The notes below the pieces were generated by a model. The model made no database searches and was not told where the DNA came from. It saw nothing but the letters and a program-made list of their open reading frames with translations. A stretch of 64,000 nt of DNA from the NCBI GenBank assembly GCA_964016885.1, contig OZ024741.1:51584001-51648000 (forward strand). Direction: 5' to 3'. This document shows positions 15,001-30,000 of the stretch, piece after piece. Numbering within the stretch: the first letter of the stretch is position 1; every line of letters starts with the position of its first letter. Origin of the DNA: Eledone cirrhosa. Its lineage: Eukaryota. The position numbers and the translations under genes are program-made.

Positions 15001-18000
15001 GTGTGTTGTGTCTGTTGTTGGTGACTGATAGGAACACTGTACAATATTAGGGTAGTGTGATATGTGTGTGTTGTGTCTGTTGTTGGTGACTGATAGGAAC
15101 ACAGTACAATATTAGGGTATTGTGATATGTGTGTGTTGTGTCTGTTGTTGGTGACTGATAGGAACACTGTACAATATTAGGGTAGTGTGATATGTGTGTG
15201 TTGTGTCTGTTGTTGGTGGCTGATAGGAACACTGTACAATATTAGGGTAGTGTGATATCTGTGTGTTGTGTCTGTTGTTGGTGACTGATAGGAACACTGT
15301 ACAATATTAGGGTAGTGTGATATCTGTGTGTTGTGTCTGTTGTTGGTGACTGATAGGAACACTGTACAATATTAGGGTAGTGTGATATGTGTGTGTTCTG
15401 TCTGTTGTTGGTGACTGATAGGAACACTGTACAATATTAGGGTAGTGTGATATCTGTGTGTTGTGTCTGTTGTTGGTGACTGATAGGAACACTGTACAAT
15501 ATTAGGGTAGTGTGATATCTGTGTGTTGTGTCTGTTGTTGGTGACTGATAGGAACACTGTACAATATTAGGGTAGTGTGATATCTGTGTGTTGTGTCTGT
15601 TGTTGGTGACTGATAGGAACACTGTACAATATTAGGGTAGTGTGATATGTGTGTTGTCTGTTGTTGGTGGCTGATAGGAACACTGTACAATATTAGGGTA
15701 TTGTGATATCTGTGTGTTGTGTCTGTTGTTGGTGGCTGATAGGAACACTGTACAATATTAGGGTATCGTGATATGTGTGTGTTGTGTCTGTTGTTGGTGG
15801 CTGATAGGAACACTGTACAATATTAGGGTATTGTGATATCTGTGTGTTGTGTCTGTTGTTGGTGACTGATAGGAACACTGTACAATATTAGGGTAGTGTG
15901 ATATGTGCGTGTTGTCTGTTGTTGGTGGCTGATAGGAACACTGTACAATATTAGGGTAGTGTGATATGTGTGTGTTGTGTCTGTTGTTGGTGGTTGATAG
16001 GAACACAGTACAATATTAGGGTAGTGTGATATCTGTGTGTTGTGTCTGTTGTTGGTGACTGATAGGAACACTGTACAATATTAGGGTATTGTGATATCTG
16101 TGTGTTGTGTCTGTTGTTGGTGACTGATAGGAACACTGTACAATATTAGGGTAGTGTGATATGTGCGTGTTGTCTGTTGTTGGTGGCTGATAGGAACACT
16201 GTACAATATTAGGGTAGTGTGATATGTGTGTGTTGTGTCTGTTGTTGGTGACTGATAGGAACACAGTACAATATTAGGGTATTGTGATATGTGTGTGTTG
16301 TGTCTGTTGTTGGTGACTGATAGGAACACTGTACAATATTAGGGTAGTGTGATATCTGTGTGCTGTGTCTGTTGTTGGTGACTGATAGGAACACTGTACA
16401 ATATTAGGGTATTGTGATATGTGTGTGTTGTCTGTTGTTGGTGGCTGATAGGAACACTGTACAATATTAGGGTAGTGTGATATGTGTGTGTTGTGTCTGT
16501 TGTTGGTGACTGATAGGAACACAGTACAATATTAGGGTAGTGTGATATGTGTGTGTTGTGTCTGTTGTTGGTGACTGATAGGAACACTGTACAATATTAG
16601 GGTATTGTGATATGTGTGTGTTGTGTCTGTTGTTGGTGACTCATAGGAACACTGTACAATATTAGGGTATTGTGATATGTGTGTGTTGTGTCTGTTGTTG
16701 GTGACTGATAGGAACACTGTACAATATTAGGGTATTGTGATATGTGTGTGTTGTGTCTGTTGTTGGTGGCTGATAGGAACACTGTACAATATTAGGGTAT
16801 TGTGATATGTGTGTGTTGTGTCTGTTGTTGGTGGTTGATAGGAACACAGTACAATAGTAGGGTATTGTGATATGTGTGTGTTGTGTCTGTTGTTGGTGGC
16901 TGATAGGAACACTGTACAATATTAGGGTATTGTGATTTGTGTGTGTTGTGTCTGTTGTTGGTGGTTGATAGGAACACAGTACAATATTAGGGTAGTGTGA
17001 TATGTGTGTGTTGTGTCTGTTGTTGGTGGTTGATAGGAACACAGTACAATATTAGGGTAGTGTGATATGTGTGTGTTGTGTCTGTTGTTGGTGACTGATA
17101 GGAACACTGTACAATATTAGGGTATTGTGATATCTGTGTGTTGTGTCTGTTGTTGGTGGCTGATAGGAACACTGTACAATATTAGGGTAGTGTGATATGT
17201 GTGTGTTGTGTCTGTTGTTGGTGGTTGATAGGAACACTGTACAATATTAGGGTATTGTGATATCTGTGTGTTGTGTCTGTTGTTGGTGGCTGATAGGAAC
17301 ACTGTACAATATTAGGGTATTGTGATATGTGTGTGTTGTGTCTGTTGTTGGTGGTTGATAGGAACACTGTACAATATTAGGGTATTGTGATATCTGTGTG
17401 TTGTGTCTGTTGTTGGTGGTTGATAGGAACACAGTACAATATTAGGGTAGTGTGATATGTGTGTGTTGTGTCTGTTGTTGGTGGTTGATAGGAACACAGT
17501 ACAATATTAGGGTAGTGTGATATGTGTGTGTTGTGTCTGTTGTTGGTGACTGATAGGAACACTGTACAATATTAGGGTATTGTGATATCTGTGTGTTGTG
17601 TCTGTTGTTGGTGGCTGATAGGAACACTGTACAATATTAGGGTAGTGTGATATGTGTGTGTTGTGTCTGTTGTTGGTGGTTGATAGGAACACTGTACAAT
17701 ATTAGGGTATTGTGATATCTGTGTGTTGTGTCTGTTGTTGGTGGCTGATAGGAACACTGTACAATATTAGGGTATTGTGATATGTGTGTGTTGTGTCTGT
17801 TGTTGGTGACTGATAGGAACACTGTACAATATTAGGGTATTGTGATATGTGTGTGTTGTGTCTGTTGTTGGTGGCTGATAGGAACACTGTACAATATTAG
17901 GGTATTGTGATATGTGTGTGTTGTGTCTGTTGTTGGTGACTGATAGGAACACGGTACAATATTAGGGTATTGTGATATGTGTGTGTTGTGTCTGTTGTTG

Positions 18001-21000
18001 GTGGCTGATAGGAACACTGTACAATATTAGGGTATTGTGATATGTGTGTGTTGTGTCTGTTGTTGGTGATTGATAGGAACACGGTACAATATTAGGGTAT
18101 TGTGATATGTGTTGTGTCTGTTGTTGGTGGCTGATAGGAACACTGTACAATATTAGGGTATTGTGATATCTGTGTTGTGTCTGTTGTTGGTGACTGATAG
18201 GAACACTGTACAATATTAGGGTATTGTGATATCTGTGTGTTGTGTCTGTTGTTGGTGGCTGATAGGAACACTGTACAATAATAGGGTATTGTGATATCTG
18301 TGTGTTGTGTCTGTTGTTGGTGGCTGATAGGAACACTGTACAATATTAGGGTATTGTGATATGTGTGTGTTGTGTCTGTTGTTGGTGACTGATAGGAACA
18401 CTGTACAATATTAGGGTATTGTGATATGTGTGTGTTGTGTCTGTTGTTGGTGGCTGATAGGAACACTGTACAATATTAGGGTATTGTGATATGTGTGTGT
18501 TGTGTCTGTTGTTGGTGACTGATAGGAACACGGTACAATATTAGGGTATTGTGATATGTGTGTGTTGTGTCTGTTGTTGGTGGCTGATAGGAACACTGTA
18601 CAATATTAGGGTATTGTGATATGTGTGTGTTGTGTCTGTTGTTGGTGATTGATAGGAACACGGTACAATATTAGGGTATTGTGATATGTGTGTGTTGTGT
18701 CTGTTGTTGGTGGCTGATAGGAACACTGTACAATATTAGGGTATTGTGATATCTGTGTGTTGTGTCTGTTGTTGGTGACTGATAGGAACACTGTACAATA
18801 TTAGGGTATTGTGATATCTGTGTGTTGTGTCTGTTGTTGGTGGCTGATAGGAACACTGTACAATATTAGGGTATTGTGATATCTGTGTTGTGTCTGTTGT
18901 TGGTGACTGATAGGAACACTGTACAATATCAGGGTATTGTGATATCTGTGTGTTGTGTCTGTTGTTGGTGGTTGATAGGAACACTGTACAATATTAGGGT
19001 ATTGTGATATCTGTGTTGTGTCTGTTGTTGGTGACTGATAGCAACACTGTACAATATTAGGGTATTGTGATATCTGTGTGTTGTGTCTGTTGTTGTCGGC
19101 TGATAGGAACACTGTACAATATTAGGGTAGTGTGATATGTGTGTGTTGTGTCTGTTGTTGGTGGCTGATAGGAACACTGTACAATATTAGGGTATTGTGA
19201 TATCTGTGTGTTGTGTCTGTTGTTGGTGACTGATAGGAACACTGTACAATATTAGGGTATTGTGATATGTGTGTGTTGTGTCTGTTGTTGGTGACTGATA
19301 GGAACACTGTACAATATTAGGGTATTGTGATATCTGTGTGTTGTGTCTGTTGTTGGTGACTGATAGGAACACTGTACAATATTAGGGTAGTGTGATATCT
19401 GTGTGTTGTGTCTGTTGTTGGTGACTGATAGGAACACTGTACAATATTAGGGTAGTGTGATATGTGTGTGTTGTGTCTGTTGTTGGTGACTGATAGGAAC
19501 ACAGTACAATATTAGGGTATTGTGATATGTGTGTGTTGTGTCTGTTGTTGGTGACTGATAGGAACACTGTACAATATTAGGGTAGTGTGATATGTGTGTG
19601 TTGTGTCTGTTGTTGGTGGCTGATAGGAACACTGTACAATATTAGGGTAGTGTGATATCTGTGTGTTGTGTCTGTTGTTGGTGGCTGATAGGAACACTGT
19701 ACAATATTAGGGTAGTGTGATATGTGTGTGTTGTGTCTGTTGTTGGTGACTGATAGGAACACAGTACAATATTAGGGTATTGTGATATGTGTGTGTTGTG
19801 TCTGTTGTTGGTGACTGATAGGAACACTGTACAATATTAGGGTAGTGTGATATGTGTGTGTTGTGTCTGTTGTTGGTGGCTGATAGGAACACTGTACAAT
19901 ATTAGGGTAGTGTGATATCTGTGTGTTGTGTCTGTTGTTGGTGACTGATAGGAACACTGTACAATATTAGGGTAGTGTGATATGTGTGTGTTGTGTCTGT
20001 TGTTGGTGACTGATAGGAACACAGTACAATATTAGGGTATTGTGATATGTGTGTGTTGTGTCTGTTGTTGGTGACTGATAGGAACACTGTACAATATTAG
20101 GGTAGTGTGATATGTGTGTGTTGTGTCTGTTGTTGGTGGCTGATAGGAACACTGTACAATATTAGGGTAGTGTGATATCTGTGTGTTGTGTCTGTTGTTG
20201 GTGACTGATAGGAACACTGTACAATATTAGGGTAGTGTGATATCTGTGTGTTGTGTCTGTTGTTGGTGACTGATAGGAACACTGTACAATATTAGGGTAG
20301 TGTGATATGTGTGTGTTCTGTCTGTTGTTGGTGACTGATAGGAACACTGTACAATATTAGGGTAGTGTGATATCTGTGTGTTGTGTCTGTTGTTGGTGAC
20401 TGATAGGAACACTGTACAATATTAGGGTAGTGTGATATCTGTGTGTTGTGTCTGTTGTTGGTGACTGATAGGAACACTGTACAATATTAGGGTAGTGTGA
20501 TATCTGTGTGTTGTGTCTGTTGTTGGTGACTGATAGGAACACTGTACAATATTAGGGTAGTGTGATATGTGTGTTGTCTGTTGTTGGTGGCTGATAGGAA
20601 CACTGTACAATATTAGGGTATTGTGATATCTGTGTGTTGTGTCTGTTGTTGGTGGCTGATAGGAACACTGTACAATATTAGGGTATCGTGATATGTGTGT
20701 GTTGTGTCTGTTGTTGGTGACTGATAGGAACACTGTACAATATTAGGGTATTGTGATATGTGTGTGTTGTCTGTTGTTGGTGGCTGATAGGAACACTGTA
20801 CAATATTAGGGTAGTGTGATATGTGTGTGTTGTGTCTGTTGTTGGTGACTGATAGGAACACAGTACAATATTAGGGTAGTGTGATATGTGTGTGTTGTGT
20901 CTGTTGTTGGTGACTGATAGGAACACTGTACAATATTAGGGTATTGTGATATGTGTGTGTTGTGTCTGTTGTTGGTGACTCATAGGAACACTGTACAATA

Positions 21001-24000
21001 TTAGGGTATTGTGATATGTGTGTGTTGTGTCTGTTGTTGGTGACTGATAGGAACACTGTACAATATTAGGGTATTGTGATATGTGTGTGTTGTGTCTGTT
21101 GTTGGTGGCTGATAGGAACACTGTACAATATTAGGGTATTGTGATATGTGTGTGTTGTGTCTGTTGTTGGTGGTTGATAGGAACACAGTACAATAGTAGG
21201 GTATTGTGATATGTGTGTGTTGTGTCTGTTGTTGGTGGCTGATAGGAACACTGTACAATATTAGGGTATTGTGATTTGTGTGTGTTGTGTCTGTTGTTGG
21301 TGGTTGATAGGAACACAGTACAATATTAGGGTAGTGTGATATGTGTGTGTTGTGTCTGTTGTTGGTGGTTGATAGGAACACAGTACAATATTAGGGTAGT
21401 GTGATATGTGTGTGTTGTGTCTGTTGTTGGTGACTGATAGGAACACTGTACAATATTAGGGTATTGTGATATCTGTGTGTTGTGTCTGTTGTTGGTGGCT
21501 GATAGGAACACTGTACAATATTAGGGTAGTGTGATATGTGTGTGTTGTGTCTGTTGTTGGTGGTTGATAGGAACACTGTACAATATTAGGGTATTGTGAT
21601 ATCTGTGTGTTGTGTCTGTTGTTGGTGGCTGATAGGAACACTGTACAATATTAGGGTATTGTGATATGTGTGTGTTGTGTCTGTTGTTGGTGGTTGATAG
21701 GAACACTGTACAATATTAGGGTATTGTGATATCTGTGTGTTGTGTCTGTTGTTGGTGGTTGATAGGAACACAGTACAATATTAGGGTAGTGTGATATGTG
21801 TGTGTTGTGTCTGTTGTTGGTGGTTGATAGGAACACAGTACAATATTAGGGTAGTGTGATATGTGTGTGTTGTGTCTGTTGTTGGTGACTGATAGGAACA
21901 CTGTACAATATTAGGGTATTGTGATATCTGTGTGTTGTGTCTGTTGTTGGTGGCTGATAGGAACACTGTACAATATTAGGGTAGTGTGATATGTGTGTGT
22001 TGTGTCTGTTGTTGGTGGTTGATAGGAACACTGTACAATATTAGGGTATTGTGATATCTGTGTGTTGTGTCTGTTGTTGGTGGCTGATAGGAACACTGTA
22101 CAATATTAGGGTATTGTGATATGTGTGTGTTGTGTCTGTTGTTGGTGGTTGATAGGAACACTGTACAATATTAGGGTATTGTGATATCTGTGTGTTGTGT
22201 CTGTTGTTGGTGACTGATAGGAACACTGTACAATATTAGGGTATTGTGATATCTGTGTGTTGTGTCTGTTGTTGGTGGCTGATAGGAACACTGTACAATA
22301 TTAGGGTATTGTGATATCTGTGTGTTGTGTCTGTTGTTGGTGGCTGATAGGAACACTGTACAATATTAGGGTATTGTGATATGTGTGTGTGTTGTGTCTG
22401 TTGTTGGTGACTGATAGGAACACTGTACAATATTAGGGTATTGTGATATCTGTGTGTTGTGTCTGTTGTTGGTGGCTGATAGGAACACTGTACAATATTA
22501 GGGTATTGTGATATCTGTGTTGTGTCTGTTGTTGGTGACTGATAGGAACACTGTACAATATCAGGGTATTGTGATATCTGTGTGTTGTGTCTGTTGTTGG
22601 TGGTTGATAGGAACACTGTACAATATTAGGGTATTGTGATATCTGTGTTGTGTCTGTTGTTGGTGACTGATAGGAACACTGTACAATATTAGGGTATTGT
22701 GATATCTGTGTGTTGTGTCTGTTGTTGGTGACTGATAGGAACACTGTACAATATTAGGGTAGTGTGATATCTGTGTGTTGTGTCTGTTGTTGGTGGCTGA
22801 TAGGAACACTGTACAATATTAGGGTATTGTGATATCTGTGTTGTGTCTGTTGTTGGTGACTGATAGCAACACTGTACAATATTAGGGTATTGTGATATCT
22901 GTGTGTTGTGTCTGTTGTTGTTGGCTGATAGGAACACTGTACAATATTAGGGTAGTGTGATATGTGTGTGTTGTGTCTGTTGTTGGTGGCTGATAGGAAC
23001 ACTGTACAATATTAGGGTATTGTGATATGTGTGTGTTGTGTCTGTTGTTGGTGACTGATAGGAACACTGTACAATATTAGGGTATTGTGATATGTGTGTG
23101 TTGTGTCTGTTGTTGGTGGCTGATAGGAACACTGTACAATATTAGGGTATTGTGATATGTGTGTGTTGTGTCTGTTGTTGGTGACTGATAGGAACACGGT
23201 ACAATATTAGGGTATTGTGATATGTGTGTGTTGTGTCTGTTGTTGGTGGCTGATAGGAACACTGTACAATATTAGGGTATTGTGATATCTGTGTGTTGTG
23301 TCTGTTGTTGGTGGTTGATAGGAACACTGTACAATATTAGGGTATTGTGATATCTGTGTTGTGTCTGTTGTTGGTGACTGATAGGAACACTGTACAATAT
23401 TAGGGTATTGTGATATCTGTGTGTTGTGTCTGTTGTTGGTGACTGATAGGAACACTGTACAATATTAGGGTATTGTGATATGTGTGTGTTGTGTCTGTTG
23501 TTGGTGACTGATAGGAACACTGTACAATATTAGGGTATTGTGATATCTGTGTGTTGTGTCTGTTGTTGGTGGCTTATAGGAACACTGTACAATATTAGGG
23601 TATTGTGATATCTGTGTTGTGTCTGTTGTTGGTGACTGATAGGAACACTGTACAATATTAGGGTATTGTGATATCTGTGTGTTGTGTCTGTTGTTGGTGG
23701 TTGATAGGAACGCTGTACAATATTAGGGTATTGTGATATCTGTGTTGTTGGTGACTGATAGGAACACTGTACAATATTAGGGTATTGTGATATCTGTGTG
23801 TTGTGTCTGTTGTTGGTGGCTGATAGGAACACTGTACAATATTAGGGTATTGTGATATGTGTGTGTTGTGTCTGTTGTTGGTGGCTGATAGGAACACAGT
23901 ACAATATTAGGGTATTGTGATATGTGTGTGTTGTGTCTGTTGTTGGTGGCTGATAGGAACACTGTACAATATTAGGGTATTGTGATATCTGTGTGTTGTG

Positions 24001-27000
24001 TCTGTTGTTGGTGACTGATAGGAACACTGTACAATATTAGGGTAGTGTGATATGTGTGTGTTGTGTCTGTTGTTGGTGACTGATAGGAACACTGTACAAT
24101 ATTAGGGTAGTGTGATATGTGTGTGTTGTGTCTGTTGTTGGTGACTGATAGGAACACAGTACAATATTAGGGTAGTGTGATATCTGTGTGTTGTGTCTGT
24201 TGTTGGTGACTGATAGGAACACTGTACAATATTAGGGTATTGTGATATCTGTGTGTTGTGTCTGTTGTTGGTGGCTGATAGGAACACTGTACAACATTAG
24301 AGTATTGTGATATCTGTGTGTTGTGTCTGTTGTTGGTGACTGATAGGAACACTGTACAATATTAGGGTATTGTGATATCTGTGTGTTATGTCTGTTGTTG
24401 GTGGCTGATAGGAACACCGTACAATATTAGGGTATTGTGATATGTGTGTGTTGTGTCTGTTGTTGGTGGCTGATAGGAACACCGTACAATATTAGGGTAT
24501 TGTGATATGTGTGTGTTGTGTCTGTTGTTGGTGACTGATAGGAACACAGTACAATATTAGGGTAGTGTGATATCTGTGTGTTGTGTCTGTTGTTGGTGAC
24601 TGATAGGAACACTGTACAATATTAGGGTATTGTGATATCTGTGTTGTGTCTGTTGTTGGTGACTGATAGGAACACTGTACAATATTAGGGTATTGTCATA
24701 ACTGTGTGTTGTGTCTGTTGTTGGTGGTTGATAGGAACACTGTACAATATTAGGGTATTGTGATATCTGTGTTGTGTCTGTTGTTGGTGGCTGATAGGAA
24801 CACTGTACAATATTAGGGTATTGTGATATCTGTGTGTTATGTCTGTTGTTGGTGGCTGATAGGAACACCGTACAATATTAGGGTATTGTGATATGTGTGT
24901 GTTGTGTCTGTTGTTGGTGGCTGATAGGAACACTGTACAATATTAGGGTATCGTGATATCTGTGTTGTGTCTGTTGTTGGTGGCTGATAGGAACACTGTA
25001 CAATATTAGGGTATTGTGATATCTGTGTGTTATGTCTGTTGTTGGTGACTGATAGGTACACTGTACAATATTAGGGTATTGTGATATGTGTGTGTGTTGT
25101 GTCTGTTGTTGGTGGCTGATAGGAACACTGTACAATATTAGGGTATTGTGATATGTGTGTGTTGTGTCTGTTGTTGGTGGCTGATAGGAACACAGTACAA
25201 TATTAGGGTATTGTGATATGTGTGTGTTGTGTCTGTTGTTGGTGGCTGATAGGAACACTGTACAATATTAGGGTATTGTGATATCTGTGTGTTGTGTCTG
25301 TTGTTGGTGACTGATAGGAACACTGTACAATATTAGGGTAGTGTGATATGTGTGTGTTGTGTCTGTTGTTGGTGACTGATAGGAACACTGTACAATATTA
25401 GGGTATTGTGATATCTGTGTTGTGTCTGTTGTTGGTGACTGATAGGAACACTGTACAATATTAGGGTATTGTGATATGTGTGTGTGTTGTGTCTGTTGTT
25501 GGTGGCTGATAGGAACACCTTACAATATTAGGGTATTGTGATATGTGTGTGTTGTGTCTGTTGTTGGTGGCTGATAGGAACACTGTACAATATTAGGGTA
25601 TCGTGATATCTGTGTTGTGTCTGTTGTTGGTGGCTGATAGGAACACTGTACAATATTAGGGTATTGTGATATCTGTGTGTTATGTCTGTTGTTGGTGACT
25701 GATAGGAACACTGTACAATATTAGGGTATTGTGATATCTGTGTGTTGTGTCTGTTGTTGGTGGCTGATAGGAACACCGTACAATATTAGGGTATTGTGAT
25801 ATGTGTGTGTTGTGTCTGTTGTTGGTGGCTGATAGGAACACTGTACAATATTAGGGTATTGTGATATGTGTGTGTTGTGTCTGTTGTTGGTGGCTGATAG
25901 GAACACTGTACAATATTAGGGTATTGTGATATGTGTGTGTTGTGTCTGTTGTTGGTGGCTGATAGGAACACCGTACAATATTAGGGTATTGTGATATGTG
26001 TGTGTTGTGTCTGTTGTTGGTGGCTGATAGGACACTATACAATATTAGGGTATTGTGATATCTGTGTGTTGTCTGTTGTTGGTGGCTGATAGGAACCCTG
26101 TACAATATTAGGGTATTGTGATATGTGTGTGTTGTGTCTGTTGTTGGTGGCTGATAGGAACACTGTACAATATTAGGGTATTGTGATATGTGTGTGTTGT
26201 GTCTGTTGTTGGTGGCTGATAGGAACACTGTACAATATTAGGGTATTGTGATATCTGTGTGTTGTGTCTGTTGTTGGTGACTGATAGGAACACTGTACAA
26301 TATTAGGGTATTGTGATATCTGTGTTGTGTCTGTTGTTGGTGGCTGATAGGAACACTGTACAATATTAGGGTATCGTGATATCTGTGTGTTGTGTCTGTT
26401 GTTGGTGACTGATAGGAACACTGTACAATATTAGGGTAGTGTGATATGTGTGTGTTGTGTCTGTTGTTGGTGGCTGATAGGAACACTGTACAATATTAGG
26501 GTAGTGTGATATGTGTGTGTTGTGTCTGTTGTTGGTGGCTGATAGGAACACTGTACAATATTAGGGTAGTGTGATATGTGTGTGTTGTGTCTGTTGTTGG
26601 TGGCTGATAGGAACACTGTACAATATTAGGGTAGTGTGATATGTGTGTGTTGTGTCTGTTGTTGGTGGCTGATAGGAACACTGTACAATATTAGGGTATT
26701 GTGATATCTGTGTTGTGTCTGTTGTTGGTGGCTGATAGGAACACTGTACAATATTAGGGTATCGTGATATCTGTGTGTTGTGTCTGTTGTTGGTGACTGA
26801 TAGGAACACTGTACAATATTAGGGTATTGTGATATCTGTGTGTTGTGTCTGTTGTTGGTGGCTGATAGGAACACTGTACAATAATAGGGTATTGTGATAT
26901 CTGTGTGTTGTGTCTGTTGTTGGTGGCTGATAGGAACACTGTACAATATTAGGGTATTGTGATATGTGTGTGTTGTGTCTGTTGTTGGTGACTGATAGGA

Positions 27001-30000
27001 ACACTGTACAATATTAGGGTATCGTGATATGTGTGTGTTGTGTCTGTTGTTGGTGGCTGATAGGAACACTGTACAATATTAGGGTATTGTGATATGTGTG
27101 TGTTGTGTCTGTTGTTGGTGACTGATAGGAACACGGTACAATATTAGGGTATTGTGATATGTGTGTGTTGTGTCTGTTGTTGGTGGCTGATAGGAACACT
27201 GTACAATATTAGGGTATTGTGATATGTGTGTGTTGTGTCTGTTGTTGGTGATTGATAGGAACACGGTACAATATTAGGGTATTGTGATATGTGTGTGTTG
27301 TGTCTGTTGTTGGTGGCTGATAGGAACACTGTACAATATTAGGGTATTGTGATATCTGTGTGTTGTGTCTGTTGTTGGTGACTGATAGGAACACTGTACA
27401 ATATTAGGGTATTGTGATATCTGTGTGTTGTGTCTGTTGTTGGTGGCTGATAGGAACACTGTACAATATTAGGGTATTGTGATATCTGTGTTGTGTCTGT
27501 TGTTGGTGACTGATAGGAACACTGTACAATATCAGGGTATTGTGATATCTGTGTATTTTGTCTGTTGTTGGTGGTTGATAGGAACACTGTACAATATTAG
27601 GGTATTGTGATATCTGTGTTGTGTCTGTTGTTGGTGACTGATAGGAACACTGTACAATATTAGGGTATTGTGATATCTGTGTGTTGTGTCTGTTGTTGGT
27701 GACTGATAGGAACACTGTACAATATTAGGGTAGTGTGATATCTGTGTGTTGTGTCTGTTGTTGGTGGCTGATAGGAACACTGTACAATATTAGGGTATTG
27801 TGATATCTGTGTTGTGTCTGTTGTTGGTGACTGATAGCAACACTGTACAATATTAGGGTATTGTGATATCTGTGTGTTATGTCTGTTGTTGGTCACTGAT
27901 AGGAACACTGTACAATATTAGGGTATTGTGATATGTGTGTGTGTTGTGTCTGTTGTTGGTGGCTGATAGGAACACTGTACAATATTAGGGTATTGTGATA
28001 TGTGTGTGTTGTGTCTGTTGTTGGTGGCTGATAGGAACACTGTACAATATTAGGGTATCGTGATATCTGTGTTGTGTCTGTTGTTGGTGGCTGATAGGAA
28101 CACTGTACAATATTAGGGTATTGTGATATCTGTGTGTTATGTCTGTTGTTGGTGACTGATAGGAACACTGTACAATATTAGGGTATTGTGATATCTGTGT
28201 GTTGTGTCTGTTGTTGGTGGCTGATAGGAACACCGTACAATATTAGGGTATTGTGATATGTGTGTGTTGTGTCTGTTGTTGGTGGCTGATAGGAACACTG
28301 TACAATATTAGGGTATTGTGATATGTGTGTGTTGTGTCTGTTGTTGGTGGCTGATAGGAACACTGTACAATATTAGGGTATTGTGATATGTGTGTGTTGT
28401 GTCTGTTGTTGGTGGCTGATAGGAACACCGTACAATATTAGGGTATTGTGATATGTGTGTGTTGTGTCTGTTGTTGGTGGCTGATAGGAACACTATACAA
28501 TATTAGGGTATTGTGATATCTGTGTGTTGTGTCTGTTGTTGGTGGCTGATAGGAACACTGTACAATATTAGGGTATTGTGATATGTGTTGTGTCTGTTGT
28601 TGGTGGCTGATAGGAACACTGTACAATATTAGGGTATTGTGATATCTGTGTTGTGTCTGTTGTTGGTGACTGATAGGAACACTGTACAATATTAGGGTAT
28701 TGTGATATCTGTGTGTTGTGTCTGTTGTTGGTGGCTGATAGGAACACTGTACAATAATAGGGTATTGTGATATCTGTGTGTTGTGTCTGTTGTTGGTGGC
28801 TGATAGGAACACTGTACAATATTAGGGTATTGTGATATGTGTGTGTTGTGTCTGTTGTTGGTGACTGATAGGAACACTGTACAATATTAGGGTATTGTGA
28901 TATGTGTGTGTTGTGTCTGTTGTTGGTGGCTGATAGGAACACTGTACAATATTAGGGTATTGTGATATGTGTGTGTTGTGTCTGTTGTTGGTGACTGATA
29001 GGAACACGGTACAATATTAGGGTATTGTGATATGTGTGTGTTGTGTCTGTTGTTGGTGGCTGATAGGAACACTGTACAATATTAGGGTATTGTGATATGT
29101 GTGTGTTGTGTCTGTTGTTGGTGATTGATAGGAACACGGTACAATATTAGGGTATTGTGATATGTGTGTGTTGTGTCTGTTGTTGGTGGCTGATAGGAAC
29201 ACTGTACAATATTAGGGTATTGTGATATCTGTGTGTTGTGTCTGTTGTTGGTGACTGATAGGAACACTGTACAATATTAGGGTATTGTGATATCTGTGTG
29301 TTGTGTCTGTTGTTGGTGGCTGATAGGAACACTGTACAATATTAGGGTATTGTGATATCTGTGTTGTGTCTGTTGTTGGTGACTGATAGGAACACTGTAC
29401 AATATCAGGGTATTGTGATATCTGTGTGTTGTGTCTGTTGTTGGTGGTTGATAGGAACACTGTACAATATTAGGGTATTGTGATATCTGTGTTGTGTCTG
29501 TTGTTGGTGACTGATAGCAACACTGTACAATATTAGGGTATTGTGATATCTGTGTGTTGTGTCTGTTGTTGTCGGCTGATAGGAACACTGTACAATATTA
29601 GGGTAGTGTGATATGTGTGTGTTGTGTCTGTTGTTGGTGGCTGATAGGAACACTGTACAATATTAGGGTATTGTGATATCTGTGTGTTGTGTCTGTTGTT
29701 GGTGACTGATAGGAACACTGTACAATATTAGGGTATTGTGATATGTGTGTGTTGTGTCTGTTGTTGGTGACTGATAGGAACACTGTACAATATTAGGGTA
29801 TTGTGATATCTGTGTGTTGTGTCTGTTGTTGGTGACTGATAGGAACACTGTACAATATTAGGGTAGTGTGATATCTGTGTGTTGTGTCTGTTGTTGGTGA
29901 CTGATAGGAACACTGTACAATATTAGGGTAGTGTGATATGTGTGTGTTGTGTCTGTTGTTGGTGACTGATAGGAACACAGTACAATATTAGGGTATTGTG

